Below, in pieces: positions 29,946 through 40,409 of a stretch of DNA of 64,000 nucleotides; the stretch's first letter is position 1; every line of letters starts with the position of its first letter. A program made the position numbers and the translations under genes. Under the pieces are notes generated by a model that had not been told where the DNA came from, did not search any database, and saw only the letters and a program-made list of their open reading frames with translations. The DNA is taken from the NCBI GenBank assembly GCA_963707955.1, contig OY970176.1:160001-224000 (forward strand), given 5' to 3'. Source of the DNA: Candidatus Bathyarchaeota archaeon. GTDB taxonomy: Archaea; Thermoproteota; Bathyarchaeia; Bathyarchaeales; Bathycorpusculaceae.

Positions 29946-29984
29946 GACGGGAACCTCAAGCAAACTGAATGAGCATCCATGAGT

Positions 29985-30206
29985 CTAGCTCACAAAGAAA
30001 ACAGGTTTTGGATGATACCAATACAGAGTTATTGGAGTCTTGCACGTCAAGCAGTTATGCACTATCTTGATGACGCTACTAGCAACTGCATTTGATGGTT
30101 CATTCAGAGACACAGTTGTGTGAATATCGTCAGGTGGATATACTTCATAAGGATCACCACATTTGGAACAAGCAAAGATCCTCTTTCCAGAAGATTTATC
30201 ATTCAT
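29985..30206 (-). CDS. Small Zn-finger protein
   Basis: CSKC...CLTC. Confidence 0.65.
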   Translation of the reverse strand: MNDKSSGKRIFACSKCGDPYEVYPPDDIHTTVSLNEPSNAVASSVIKIVHNCLTCKTPITLYWYHPKPVFFVS

Positions 30207-30241
30207 TTGATCACACTCCAGCGCGCGCTAAAAAAGTGGAT

Positions 30242-31024
30242 TTAGTAGTGGTATGTTATCGTTACGGTTTGAGTTGCTCCGCCACTTAAGTTCCCATTTC
30301 CGACTCCAACTGTTATGCTCGAAGAGGGTAAAACGGGAAAATACGCGGTTCCACCTGTGCCAACATTTATCTCAACGTTATAGTCAACGCCATACGCGGA
30401 GTAGACTACGTGAGTCCATGCTCCCGTTGTTGATGATAGAACGTCAATCGTAACATATCCTGCATAGCTTGCTGAGTACGTCCAATCATTCCAAGCAATC
30501 CCGAGTCCACCTGCAGGTTCACTCACGGTCTGATCATCGACCCAAATCGTAGAATCTGCTAGGTTGACAATATTCAGAAGATTTGTGTATTGTTCGTCAG
30601 TGTAGTGATGATCAGCAACATAGGCGTTATATTGTTCGTTAGTATAGCTATGGTCGGCAACATAGGCGTTATATTGATTCTGAAGAGAATTGTATTCGCC
30701 ATTCGTGTGAGTGTGATTTCCCTCGTAGTCTTGATATATTGAGTTCAATGAATTGTATTCTTCGTCAGTATAGTGATGATCGCTAACGTAGTTGTTATAA
30801 GCAGTGATGTTACCAGCGAGCCACGATTGAAGATTTGTATTATTAGTTGTCAATTGAGAAATCTGAGTGTTTAATGAAGAAATCGTGTTGTTCTTGTCGT
30901 TTATCATTGGCATGATATATGTAACTGCTCCGACTAAACCGACTACCACCAGAATGATGCAGATTGCTCCTAATGCAATAGCGACACTTCTCCTAACCAT
31001 TTTCTTCGGTTTTATTTCACTCAT
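30242..31024 (-). CDS. Membrane-anchored coiled-coil protein with His/Tyr repeats and C-terminal beta domain
   Basis: TM helix, heptads, YVxDHxYTxExYN repeats. Confidence 0.8.
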   Translation of the reverse strand: MSEIKPKKMVRRSVAIALGAICIILVVVGLVGAVTYIMPMINDKNNTISSLNTQISQLTTNNTNLQSWLAGNITAYNNYVSDHHYTDEEYNSLNSIYQDYEGNHTHTNGEYNSLQNQYNAYVADHSYTNEQYNAYVADHHYTDEQYTNLLNIVNLADSTIWVDDQTVSEPAGGLGIAWNDWTYSASYAGYVTIDVLSSTTGAWTHVVYSAYGVDYNVEINVGTGGTAYFPVLPSSSITVGVGNGNLSGGATQTVTITYHY

Positions 31025-31199
31025 TTTTGAACCTCTGGTTTGTCTTCTGTTGCTGTGAGGATTTAAGATTTTTGTAATTTTGATTTTTGTTTTAGTCTCA
31101 CGTTCCGCATTCGTCAATTATAAAATGCTTATAAGTTGATTCTGCGAAGGTCTTTCAAGGTCAATCACAGAAAGGAGAGTTTCAACTGCAGACATTAAG

Positions 31200-31724
31200 T
31201 CACTCCCAAATATCTTCTTTGAGATAGTCGTCAATGTGTTTCTTCAAGCCTTTCTCAGTCTCTATAAGCGTGATTGAGAGCGTGTACCAAAGTAACTCAG
31301 TAAAAGTATAAGGCGATTCAACAACAGTAGTCTTGCCATCCTGCTCGATCTCAACGTCTGCCTTGGGTTTCTCACCTTTGGTAGTCCGTGAAAGAATGCT
31401 TACATCTCTGACCTTCACTGCTTCATAGTTGTGACTCCCTATTGCAAAATAGGTTGCAGCAAACTTGATCTTCACTTCATGAGAGAGCAGACTCAGAAAT
31501 CCTGATGATTTACCACTCTCCCACATATCAGTTGGAAGAAGCTGTCCTGTTCCTGTCAACAATGAGGAAACTGTTTCAAGCTCATGCTTGAGGTCTTTGA
31601 GGAATTTCTTTCTATCCTGGTTTCTATCATATCTTCTGCCAAGCCACTGAAAGAAGAAAGCTGCAAGCACACCAAAGAAAGAGGCAAAGAACGGAATGAA
31701 TGGAACGAGAATTTGCCAATCCAC
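31200..31724 (-). CDS. Hypothetical protein, N-terminal TM plus helical domain
   Basis: Architecture similar to 29559-29945; own TATA-like box near 31765. Confidence 0.7.
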   Translation of the reverse strand: MDWQILVPFIPFFASFFGVLAAFFFQWLGRRYDRNQDRKKFLKDLKHELETVSSLLTGTGQLLPTDMWESGKSSGFLSLLSHEVKIKFAATYFAIGSHNYEAVKVRDVSILSRTTKGEKPKADVEIEQDGKTTVVESPYTFTELLWYTLSITLIETEKGLKKHIDDYLKEDIWE

Positions 31725-31846
31725 AAATCCACACTCCCAAGGAGAGGATCAAGCCCAATGACAGTTTAAGATTTCTCCTCACGTGGATGGAGAATCAAAT
31801 GAACGTATGTTCTGGCAATTGAAGGAATAAGAAGTCCAACTCTGAG

Positions 31847-32218
31847 TCAAAACTGAAGTGAGTGGAACATCTTCACTACTCCTGAATGCCTCACTTCTTC
31901 AATCTCTGATATTCTCTTGACTAGAAAATTCTTCCACTTCTTCTCTTCTTTGTAGAGATGAACAAAGACGACAACGACACCATTCTTTCTGTATATCTGT
32001 TCCCTGTATTCATAGGACTTGGCATTCTCTGCACCACAGACCTCAATATACATCCCCAACTTTGGAAGATAGAAGTCAGGAGTCCATACTCTCGGTCTTT
32101 CCTTCTCATCATACACAAAGACAGGTGACTCATAGAGCCACCAAATGTCAAGCTCCCTCAAGTAATGAGCAACTAGTTTCTCTGACTCTTCCATATCAGC
32201 ATAGACGGAGTCCTTCAT
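31847..32218 (-). CDS. PD-(D/E)xK-like nuclease
   Basis: SE...YE...WTPDFYLP...YIEVCG (Cys at the usual Lys position). Confidence 0.7.
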   Translation of the reverse strand: MKDSVYADMEESEKLVAHYLRELDIWWLYESPVFVYDEKERPRVWTPDFYLPKLGMYIEVCGAENAKSYEYREQIYRKNGVVVVFVHLYKEEKKWKNFLVKRISEIEEVRHSGVVKMFHSLQF

Positions 32219-32350
32219 CTAGCTTACCTTCACAGTTTGGTTTCAAGAGTCGTCTGCTATTCAATTTAATAGTTATGAATTGAAGCTCTAGGTAGTCAGA
32301 ACATTAAACGTGAAAGGTGAAACATACTATAGTGATTGTGTATGAATAGA

Positions 32351-32806
32351 CTAATTAGCTCCTAACGCTTTCAAACACTCAATTGCCTTCTCGATTGTTT
32401 CTTTTGCCTTGTCTTCGTTAATTGCGTCAGGGTGCGACAACTCATGAACTATCTCATTCCTCTCTTTGCATACTTCACCCATGAGGCTATGTGTGCGATG
32501 ATCAATCAAGTCAAAGCCTTCAAGCATTGCCATAATTTTGGATAGATGCATGTTCTGGAGTTTCATAGGTTCAAGACGGATGCCTTTGGACTTGAAATAT
32601 TCTTGAAGTTTACTGGTTCCGAAACGTTCGAAATACATCACAGACACAACCACTCCTTCAAGGAACCTCTTCTGAGCAATTATGTCACCCAGAAAACGAA
32701 GAGGGCTGCGGACAAGGATTACATCGGCGCTTTCGCTAAAGCTCACACTGTCACTGACGACCTTTACATCTTCGGATGTTTTCGTCTTCTCGTTTTTCTC
32801 AGCCAT
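32351..32806 (-). CDS. HEPN-like protein
   Basis: All-helical, upstream Glu (YFER), RNEIVH Rx4H motif. Confidence 0.65.
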   Translation of the reverse strand: MAEKNEKTKTSEDVKVVSDSVSFSESADVILVRSPLRFLGDIIAQKRFLEGVVVSVMYFERFGTSKLQEYFKSKGIRLEPMKLQNMHLSKIMAMLEGFDLIDHRTHSLMGEVCKERNEIVHELSHPDAINEDKAKETIEKAIECLKALGAN

Positions 32807-32988
32807 AGCAACAGATCATAACTTTGGCAATTTAAGGGTAATGAAAGATCGGGATCCACCTCGTGTCTCCATGAGAAACTAACTTAAAAGATCACGCTAG
32901 AGAGTTGTTAAGGTAAATATTTAGGCACCATAACGTATTAAGGCAACGAGTCAAGAAAAACTATGATTCACGCGTTGAAGGGCTGAAC

Positions 32989-33762
32989 ATGGAGACTGTT
33001 GCTGTTAACGTCCAAGACCTTGTTGTCGCTTATGGTTCTTTCGTGGCGGTTGAAAACCTATCGTTCACCGTGAAGAACGGGGAAATCTATGGGCTGCTGG
33101 GTCCTAACGGTGCGGGCAAGACGAGCACGATCAAGGTTCTTGTGGGAGTTCTGGAGCCACGGGCGGGAAAAGTTGAGATCTACGATACGCCGATCTCGGA
33201 TGAAGTCGCTGCGAAGAGTAAAATCGGCTATGTCCCAGAAGAAGTTGTGCTTCTTGATTCGCTCACGCCTAGAGAGTTTTTCGAGTTTGTAGCTTCAATA
33301 AGACGCTTAGACAAGGAAACTGTCAACTCCAAACTTGAAAGGTTCATGTCCGCTTTTGAACTCAAGCAGTACTTTGACACTCCGATCGCGGCTTTGTCTA
33401 TGGGCAACAAGCAGAAGGTTGCTGTTGTCTCAGCCCTACTGCATGATCCGAAACTCCTGATCCTGGACGAACCTCTGATAGGCTTAGACGCTCGCTCTTC
33501 GAAGATTCTCAAAGAACTTGTAACCTTTCACGCCAAGAAAGGCGGAGCCGTCATATTCTCGACCCACATCATGGAAGTCGCGGAAAAACTGTGCACAAGA
33601 GTTGGAATAATAAACAAGGGCAAAATCGTCGGAGAAGGCACGGTTGCCGATCTCCGTAAACTTGTCAGAAGCGCAGAAGGCTCCTTAGAAGACATTTTCT
33701 TGAAAGTGACAGAGCAGGAAACCGGAATGCAGGACATACTAAAAGCCCTAGAAGAGGAGTAA
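32989..33762 (+). CDS. ABC transporter ATP-binding protein
   Basis: GPNGAGKTS, LSMGNKQK, LDEP. Confidence 0.92.
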   Translation: METVAVNVQDLVVAYGSFVAVENLSFTVKNGEIYGLLGPNGAGKTSTIKVLVGVLEPRAGKVEIYDTPISDEVAAKSKIGYVPEEVVLLDSLTPREFFEFVASIRRLDKETVNSKLERFMSAFELKQYFDTPIAALSMGNKQKVAVVSALLHDPKLLILDEPLIGLDARSSKILKELVTFHAKKGGAVIFSTHIMEVAEKLCTRVGIINKGKIVGEGTVADLRKLVRSAEGSLEDIFLKVTEQETGMQDILKALEEE

Positions 33763-33768
33763 AATGCA

Positions 33769-35407
33769 GTGAGATTCTCTGAGCTTTGGCGCTTATCGGG
33801 CAAAGCGTACAAAGAAGTCACGTTCCAATCCATCTTTTCCCTTCGTGCAGGCTCATCCCTGCCTCAAAGCGGCAAAAGAGACGTCAAACAACTCGTCTCT
33901 AGCGCCAGGATGAACGCTCTGATCAGTAAACTGGTCACGACGGTTTTCATCGCTATCTTCGCAGGAGTAGTGTTTCTTCCTCTAACAATCAGCGGCGTCG
34001 GTACAGCTTTGCCGAGAGACATAGCGGTTCAAGGCGGCGTCTCGGCTTTTCTTGCCATTGTACTCTTCTTGATAGTTTTTATGGGACTGCAGATGTCAAC
34101 GTCGTTTGTGTCCTCAAAAATTGTGGATATCCTCAGTCCTCTTCCGCTTTCAAAGAAGGACATCTCAAGAACCATATTTCTCTGTTTCATCAGAATCTTC
34201 GACATACCTCTAATTGCAGCAGCAATCATCTTTCTGTCCGTCTACTTCGTCATCGGCGGTCTCGATCCTAGGCGGCATAGTCTCTGTCGTAGGCATCGGG
34301 GTCACCGAGATCTTCGCCTTGGCTCTCACTACGGTTTCTGCACAATTTTTCTACCAGAGAGTCGCACGGGCAGGTGGCAAGTCGAAATGGAAGACCTTTC
34401 TGAGATTTGGGTTCATGCTCGTGTGGCTTCTGCCAACATTTGCAGCATACTTTATAGTGAACTTCGCGGGACAAATAGTTCAATCGTTTGCGTACCTTGC
34501 GCAGGGTTTCTCTTCGATTTCCAGGATCTTAGTTCTGGTTTACCCATTTTCCTACGGGTTTCTAGTTTCCTATGCAACCTCCCCCCATGGAGTTGACAAC
34601 ATAACTCTAGGTCTTTCGACTATCGCGTCAGTCGCATACGTGGTTGCTGCTTACTACTGTCTAAGGTGGGTGACGCAGACCGTAAGAAAAATCGGAGTCG
34701 GAGGATTTGCTGCAGGTCCAAGAGAAATCGTGAAGGACACGCTTATCAGACCTCAGATTCCATGGCTAGGAATCATTCGGAAGGACTTGAGAGTGGCCTC
34801 CAGAGCACCCTCATTCGCAAGTCTTTTTCTTTTGCCAGTTGTACAGACAGTTGTTGTGGCAATAACTTTCTCTTCATTCAGCGAGGTCGGGCCGAGCACT
34901 GCACTGGGGATTCTGATTGGAATATCAATGATCACGCTTCTGCTTCCACCAACTCTTCTTGCCATTGAGGGTTTAGCATCTTCCTACACAAGGCATCTTC
35001 CTATGAAGAAGAGGACAATGATAACGGCGAAAACCCTGTTGTCAACGGTCACTTACGTGATTTCTATGATAGTTCTTTCAATCGTCGCAGTCTTGTTGGG
35101 GAAAAGCTTCTTATTTGTCCTGACTTTGGGAATGATACACGCGTTCTCTGTTGCAGCGGCGATCATGCTAGAACTGACGATTTTGCTGAGGAAGTTCTGG
35201 AAAGAAGGCTTCGCCGTCGGCAACATCTACTCAAGAATTACTACTTACATCATGATCTTGATTCCCGGGTACATCGTGGCCGCAATACCGATAGTCGGCG
35301 CGTTTGCGGCCTATTTCCTTGCTCCACCCTTCTTTCTGCCAGTCTTTCTCGCTACCGCGGGGTCAGAGTTCGCGATCATGGTAGCGGTTGTCGTACGCGA
35401 AAAGTAG
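33769..35407 (+). CDS. ABC exporter permease, split by a 1-nt insertion near 34260
   Basis: Two overlapping hydrophobic ORFs join as ...VIGGSILGG... Confidence 0.8.
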
Positions 35408-36398
35408 CGGAGGTTCTCATGTCCAAGTAGATCTGCGAGCAGCAAAACGAAGAGAAAGATGTTTTGCATCCTTGGCTCTCAGCGAATTCAACCGCCTCTT
35501 CAGTTGGAAACGCGATAGCGTCTACCCCCGCTTCTATGGCGAGGATCTCTGTTTCAGATCTATGCTTATCTTTAGACCGCATACAGCCAAGGACCAACGG
35601 AGTGTCAGGAAGCATCAACCTTGCAGCCGCAATCACTTTGGCTATGTCGATCGGTCCCGGAGGTTTGACGTTCTCCATCTCTGTTCCGCGTATGGGCATG
35701 AACGCGATTATGACTAGTGCTGAAGGGTTGAGCTCTGACACCATTTTCAAGGCATGCAGCTCGCCTTCTAGTTTTCCATAATGAAGCCCCACGATCACGT
35801 GCGGCACAAACTCGATTCCAGCTTCATGCAAAGCTTTCAAGGAATTTGCGTAATCTTTGACTGACGCCTCTAGATTGAAGATCTCCTTCAGGGTTTCGTT
35901 CGAACCAATAATGTCTAATAGAGCTGCATCAACTCCGACTTTCTTGAGTCCCTCAGCTGTCTTGAGGTCAATGACACCCGTGTGCACAAACACTGTTAAG
36001 CCCAGCTGATGCTTGATCTTTGCGATGGAGTCCACAAACCCTCCAAGAGGCACAGCGCCGTTGGGTAGGCATCCGCCACTTATCAAGCATCCCCTTGCTC
36101 CCTTTTCCTTCAATTGTGCACACAGTTCAAAGAGCGCGTCAGGCGAGGTGGCAGGGTACATCGTGTTCAGCACCGTTCCACCACAGTGTTTACACATCAA
36201 AGCGCACGCTTTACCGGTTATGGAGATCGTCGGAAAATCACTCGACGAAGAAGCATAATGACTTGTTTTATAGTACATGAAGCTCGGCGCGTAAAAGCGG
36301 ATTCTCTTGCGTCTAACGCCGCAAGCGTCCTTTTTCAGAACGTTCAAAAGCTCCGTTTCGTTCATGCGCCAGATGCTTTCAGCCGAGAGTCTGGTCAT
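35376..36398 (-). CDS. lipS1: Radical SAM lipoyl synthase subunit LipS1-like
   Basis: CALMCKHC plus GCMR and C-terminal CC motifs. Confidence 0.75.
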   Translation of the reverse strand: MTRLSAESIWRMNETELLNVLKKDACGVRRKRIRFYAPSFMYYKTSHYASSSSDFPTISITGKACALMCKHCGGTVLNTMYPATSPDALFELCAQLKEKGARGCLISGGCLPNGAVPLGGFVDSIAKIKHQLGLTVFVHTGVIDLKTAEGLKKVGVDAALLDIIGSNETLKEIFNLEASVKDYANSLKALHEAGIEFVPHVIVGLHYGKLEGELHALKMVSELNPSALVIIAFMPIRGTEMENVKPPGPIDIAKVIAAARLMLPDTPLVLGCMRSKDKHRSETEILAIEAGVDAIAFPTEEAVEFAESQGCKTSFSSFCCSQIYLDMRTSATFRVRQPLP

Positions 36399-36444
36399 TG
36401 TTCTCGGTTAGGATTGTCCCATGACTCGCTTAATACTTTTCGTT

Positions 36445-36780
36445 TTACGGTGTTTCTTCTTTTTCCCTATAGTCCTTTGAAATCACCGGTAGGGTCTGCA
36501 TCGCTTCGTCTATTGCAGAAAGTGTGCTTGAGATCTTCTCAAGGTATCTGTTGAAATTCAGGGTCTTGAAAACCGCTACGCCTCTTTCTTTGATGGCGTA
36601 CAGCGTTTTCTTGGGCAAGGGTCGTTCCTCAACTAGCCCGTTTTCCGTCAAGAATTCCAAGCGACGATTGATAATCGTGCAGTCTATGGTGGTTTCGTAT
36701 GCTATCCTGTCGACTGTAAGAGGTTTCTTTATCAAGGCTTCTAGAATTGCCTCGTATGATTCCAGCTTTGATCTGTGCAT
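36445..36780 (-). CDS. Winged-helix transcription regulator
   Basis: RSKLE...IL...IAY...LEFLTENGLV. Confidence 0.8.
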   Translation of the reverse strand: MHRSKLESYEAILEALIKKPLTVDRIAYETTIDCTIINRRLEFLTENGLVEERPLPKKTLYAIKERGVAVFKTLNFNRYLEKISSTLSAIDEAMQTLPVISKDYREKEETP

Positions 36781-36923
36781 GCTTGGGCACCCTTTCTGTG
36801 GGTCTTGTTTCGCTGCAGATAAATCGTTTATGAACCCTCAATCTTTAGCAGAAAGCAGCATGTTATCTTTTCAGTGTTTTCGTACATCCACTTATTGGTT
36901 CCCCAGAGACTTTTAGACGGGTT

Positions 36924-37418
36924 TCATGAAGTTGAGTCTGAGGCAGCAGTGTCAGCTGAGGCCTTGTTTTGTACAAATCTTCTGCCTGTTACCCTTCGTG
37001 GAGTTATCACGCAGATTCTTACGGCCTTCAGCTCGTTTTCCCTGTTCCTTCCTGGTTTGCTCATGTACTCGTCGAAGATCAATGGAACACGGTACTTGTC
37101 AATGAGCTTCTGAAGATAAGGTATCATTTTCTTCTTCTCATTGATGATTTCAGCAGTGCCAAGAATGATCACACTTTTAAACATCGTTACGTCGGACAAA
37201 GCTTCGTCGACCTCAAAGCAAACACTTGGGTTTCTTAGACCGTTCATTTTCAACCCTTTGTCGCACGTGTGAAAAAACACCTTCCCATTGCAATATCCAA
37301 AGCCAACTGGGACTACGTACGGTTCATCATCCACAATCATGCCAATTCTCCCAACTCGCGCGCAAGCGAGAAACTGCTCAATCTCTTCAGAAGTCATCTC
37401 CGCAGACATTTCAAGCAT
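36924..37418 (-). CDS. Pyridoxamine 5'-phosphate oxidase-like flavin-binding protein (NimA-like)
   Basis: VGRIG...PYVVP...GLK...NPSVCFEVD...SVI. Confidence 0.85.
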   Translation of the reverse strand: MLEMSAEMTSEEIEQFLACARVGRIGMIVDDEPYVVPVGFGYCNGKVFFHTCDKGLKMNGLRNPSVCFEVDEALSDVTMFKSVIILGTAEIINEKKKMIPYLQKLIDKYRVPLIFDEYMSKPGRNRENELKAVRICVITPRRVTGRRFVQNKASADTAASDSTS

Positions 37419-37577
37419 GAACTCCTTCAGGGTTTTGAAGTGTACATGAAGACTTCACAGTTTATTTAAGCATGCCCTCGCGCAATTTTCGAATGAGAGG
37501 TTAGAAACTCTTTAATCTGACTCAAAACTTCTGCAAGTCTGTAAAACATCTCTTTCAAACCATTTAATGTCCATGCT

Positions 37578-38594
37578 GTGAGACATGTGAGCAAAAAAAC
37601 TCGCTTGCCAAGACAGATTCGTGTCTCCCTAGGTTCTGCAATAATCCTTGGACTGTTAAACGCGAGACTTGATGCTACCCCAACGACCATCTATCTTATG
37701 ACATACAGACGGGGCAAGTGTAGCGCAAATTGTGGCTTTTGTCCTCAAGCAAGGGAGAGCCGCGGCAGAACGGACATGCTCTCAAGGGTTTCATGGCCAG
37801 TCTACCCAACAAAACCTGTGCTGAACGGAATAGCCCGAGCCTACGAAAAAGCCGACATAAAACGTGTCTGCTTCCAAGCCCTGAACTATCCTGAAGTCTT
37901 CACACATCTAACGGCTTTGGTGAAAACGATCTTCGAACAAACTCACATGCTTATCTCAGTTTCGTGCCAGCCATCCAAGCGAGAAAACATAGCCCAGTTG
38001 GCTGATGCAGGAGCCGAAAGAATAGGCATACCCCTGGACGCGGCAGTCAAAAGTGTCTTCACGAGAATCAAAGGCTCCTCTGCCGGAGGCCCATACACTT
38101 GGGAGGGACAGTTCCAGCTGCTGGATGAAGCCTTGCGCACTTTTGGAAAAGGAAAGGTCAGCACACATCTGATCGTTGGACTTGGAGAAACCCAAAGGCA
38201 GATGATCAAAACGATGCAAGAGTGCGTGGATATGACAGTTCTTCCAGCGCTGTTTGCCTTCACCCCGATTCTTGGAACAAGGCTTGCCAGCCAGAAGAGG
38301 CCTCCGATTGAAGCATACAGGCGAATACAGGTTGCAAGGCACCTGATTTGGCATGGAACCGCCCGGTATGAAGATATGAGTTTTAATGAGCGGGGCGTGG
38401 TGGTTGATTTTGGAGTCGACGGGGAAACACTGATGAAGGTGATTGAAACAGGTGAGCCATTTCTCACGTCTGGATGTCCTGACTGCAACCGTCCATTTTA
38501 CAACGAGAAGCCCAGTGGTCCCATCTACAATTATCCAAGGAAATTGATGGAAGACGAGCTTTCATACATAGCTAAACAATTAGGTTTTTCATGA
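37578..38594 (+). CDS. lipS2: Radical SAM lipoyl synthase subunit LipS2-like
   Basis: CSANCGFC plus TSGCPDCNRP motif. Confidence 0.78.
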   Translation: MRHVSKKTRLPRQIRVSLGSAIILGLLNARLDATPTTIYLMTYRRGKCSANCGFCPQARESRGRTDMLSRVSWPVYPTKPVLNGIARAYEKADIKRVCFQALNYPEVFTHLTALVKTIFEQTHMLISVSCQPSKRENIAQLADAGAERIGIPLDAAVKSVFTRIKGSSAGGPYTWEGQFQLLDEALRTFGKGKVSTHLIVGLGETQRQMIKTMQECVDMTVLPALFAFTPILGTRLASQKRPPIEAYRRIQVARHLIWHGTARYEDMSFNERGVVVDFGVDGETLMKVIETGEPFLTSGCPDCNRPFYNEKPSGPIYNYPRKLMEDELSYIAKQLGFS

Positions 38595-38676
38595 GCGAAT
38601 GGTGATGTTTGCCGTGCTCCTCAAAACTATAGGGTCGAAAAATCTATGTGCAGGGTACACGTTTACGCACATCTGA

Positions 38677-39603
38677 ATGGCTGGTGAAAGTTTGGTTGAG
38701 GCCCCAGTCGAAGACAAGAGGATAACACTGAAAGAGGCGGTGAAGCTTGTTCCAGACGGCTCCCACCTTTTCTGGGGAGGCTTCGGTTTCCAGCGTCCGC
38801 CTATGGCTTTCGCTTATGAGCTTGTCAGGCAGAAAAAGAGGGATTTGACAATCTACACTTGCGGGTCAGAAATGGATATTGACATCCTGTCAGGCGCGCG
38901 GGTTGTCTCGCGCTATGAGCTGGCTTTCTACGCGATTGAAGGCATAGGTCTGGTTCCTAACATTCAGAGGAGAGTCCGTGAAGGTGCCATCGAAATAGAA
39001 GATTATTCAAACCTTGCGATGGTTCTGCGCTTCTTTGGCGGTGCGCTCGGAGTGCCTTTCATGCCGCTCAAAAGCATGCTGGCGACCGACATGCTTGCAA
39101 AAAAGAGGTTCAGGGATAAGAAGGCAGAAGTGATCAATTGTCCATTTACTGGAGAAAAAGTGGTCCTCGTCCCATCAGTTCGTCCAGACTTCAGCATAGT
39201 GCACGCTTCACGCGTTGACCGAGAAGGAAACGTGCAGATAGACGGAATCAGGGGCGAAGACGTGGAAGGGGCAAGGGCTGGAAAGAAGGTCATCGTTACG
39301 GCCGAAGAAATTGTGGACACTGAATTTATTCGATCTCAGCCTGACCAGACGGTTATCCCTAACATCTACGTTACTCATGTCGTTGAGTGCCCATGGGGCT
39401 CGCATCCGATGATGGTTTACAACTATTACGACTATGACATGGAGCATGTTCGCATGTACTATGACCAATGCAAGACAGAGGAAGGGTGGCAAAAATACTG
39501 TGAAGATTACATAACAAGCGTTGACGGTCACTATGAGTTCCTGCAGAAGATAGGCATCGAACGGCTGATGAAGCTCAGAGCGAAAAAGCCGTTCCCGTAC
39601 TAG
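38677..39603 (+). CDS. Family I CoA-transferase subunit A (glutaconate CoA-transferase-like)
   Basis: GGFGFQRPPMA, GALGVPFMP, CPFTGE. Confidence 0.88.
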   Translation: MAGESLVEAPVEDKRITLKEAVKLVPDGSHLFWGGFGFQRPPMAFAYELVRQKKRDLTIYTCGSEMDIDILSGARVVSRYELAFYAIEGIGLVPNIQRRVREGAIEIEDYSNLAMVLRFFGGALGVPFMPLKSMLATDMLAKKRFRDKKAEVINCPFTGEKVVLVPSVRPDFSIVHASRVDREGNVQIDGIRGEDVEGARAGKKVIVTAEEIVDTEFIRSQPDQTVIPNIYVTHVVECPWGSHPMMVYNYYDYDMEHVRMYYDQCKTEEGWQKYCEDYITSVDGHYEFLQKIGIERLMKLRAKKPFPY

Positions 39604-39620
39604 AAGGAGGAAGGAGAAAT

Positions 39621-40409
39621 ATGGCCAAAATCGCAAAACCGGGAGATTTCAACACTTTGGAACTCATGGCGGTCTGCGGCTCCAGACTGATAAAGAACGG
39701 TGAGGTCGTTTTCATAGGAACAGGCTTACCCATGATTGCAGCGTTGCTGGCAAAGAGAACGCACGCGCCCAGTGCAAGAATCGTTTTCGAGGCAGGATTC
39801 ATAGATTCAAACGCAAAGGACATAGCCTTGTCCATAGCTGACTCCAGACTAGGTTGGCGCGCGTCAGGAGCCATCGGTCTGTTCGAGACTCTCGGACTTA
39901 TGCTGCAGGGCGGACACGTTGACTTAGGGTTCGTGGGTGCGGCCCAGATCGACGAGTACGGAAACATAAACACAACCTACATTGGAAGCTTTGAAAAGCC
40001 ATCAGTCAGACTGCCCGGAAGTGGAGGAGGAAATGACATAGCGTCGTCAGCCAAGCGCACAGTGATTATAATGACGCATGAAAAAAGGAAAATGGTGAAA
40101 AAACTGGATTATCTCACGAGCCCAGGTTTCCTTGACGGACCTGGAGCCAGAGAAAAAGCTGGGTTACGCGGAGGTGGGCCATCACTTGTGGTCACAAACC
40201 TTTGTCAAATGGACTTTGACCCTAAAACAAAACGCGTAAGGTTGGCAACGGTGCATCCAGGCGTGACGGTTGAGCAGGTTCTTGACAACACGGGCTTTGA
40301 CCTGATCGTGCCGAAGGATGTGCTCACCACGGACCTGCCCACGTGCGAGGAGCTTGATCTTCTAAGAGCGATAGACCCCACTGGGATCTACATTCCAAGA
40401 ACTAAGTAG
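39621..40409 (+). CDS. Family I CoA-transferase subunit B
   Basis: FIGTGLP, FEAG, AQIDEYGNINTT, RLPGSGGGND. Confidence 0.9.
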   Translation: MAKIAKPGDFNTLELMAVCGSRLIKNGEVVFIGTGLPMIAALLAKRTHAPSARIVFEAGFIDSNAKDIALSIADSRLGWRASGAIGLFETLGLMLQGGHVDLGFVGAAQIDEYGNINTTYIGSFEKPSVRLPGSGGGNDIASSAKRTVIIMTHEKRKMVKKLDYLTSPGFLDGPGAREKAGLRGGGPSLVVTNLCQMDFDPKTKRVRLATVHPGVTVEQVLDNTGFDLIVPKDVLTTDLPTCEELDLLRAIDPTGIYIPRTK

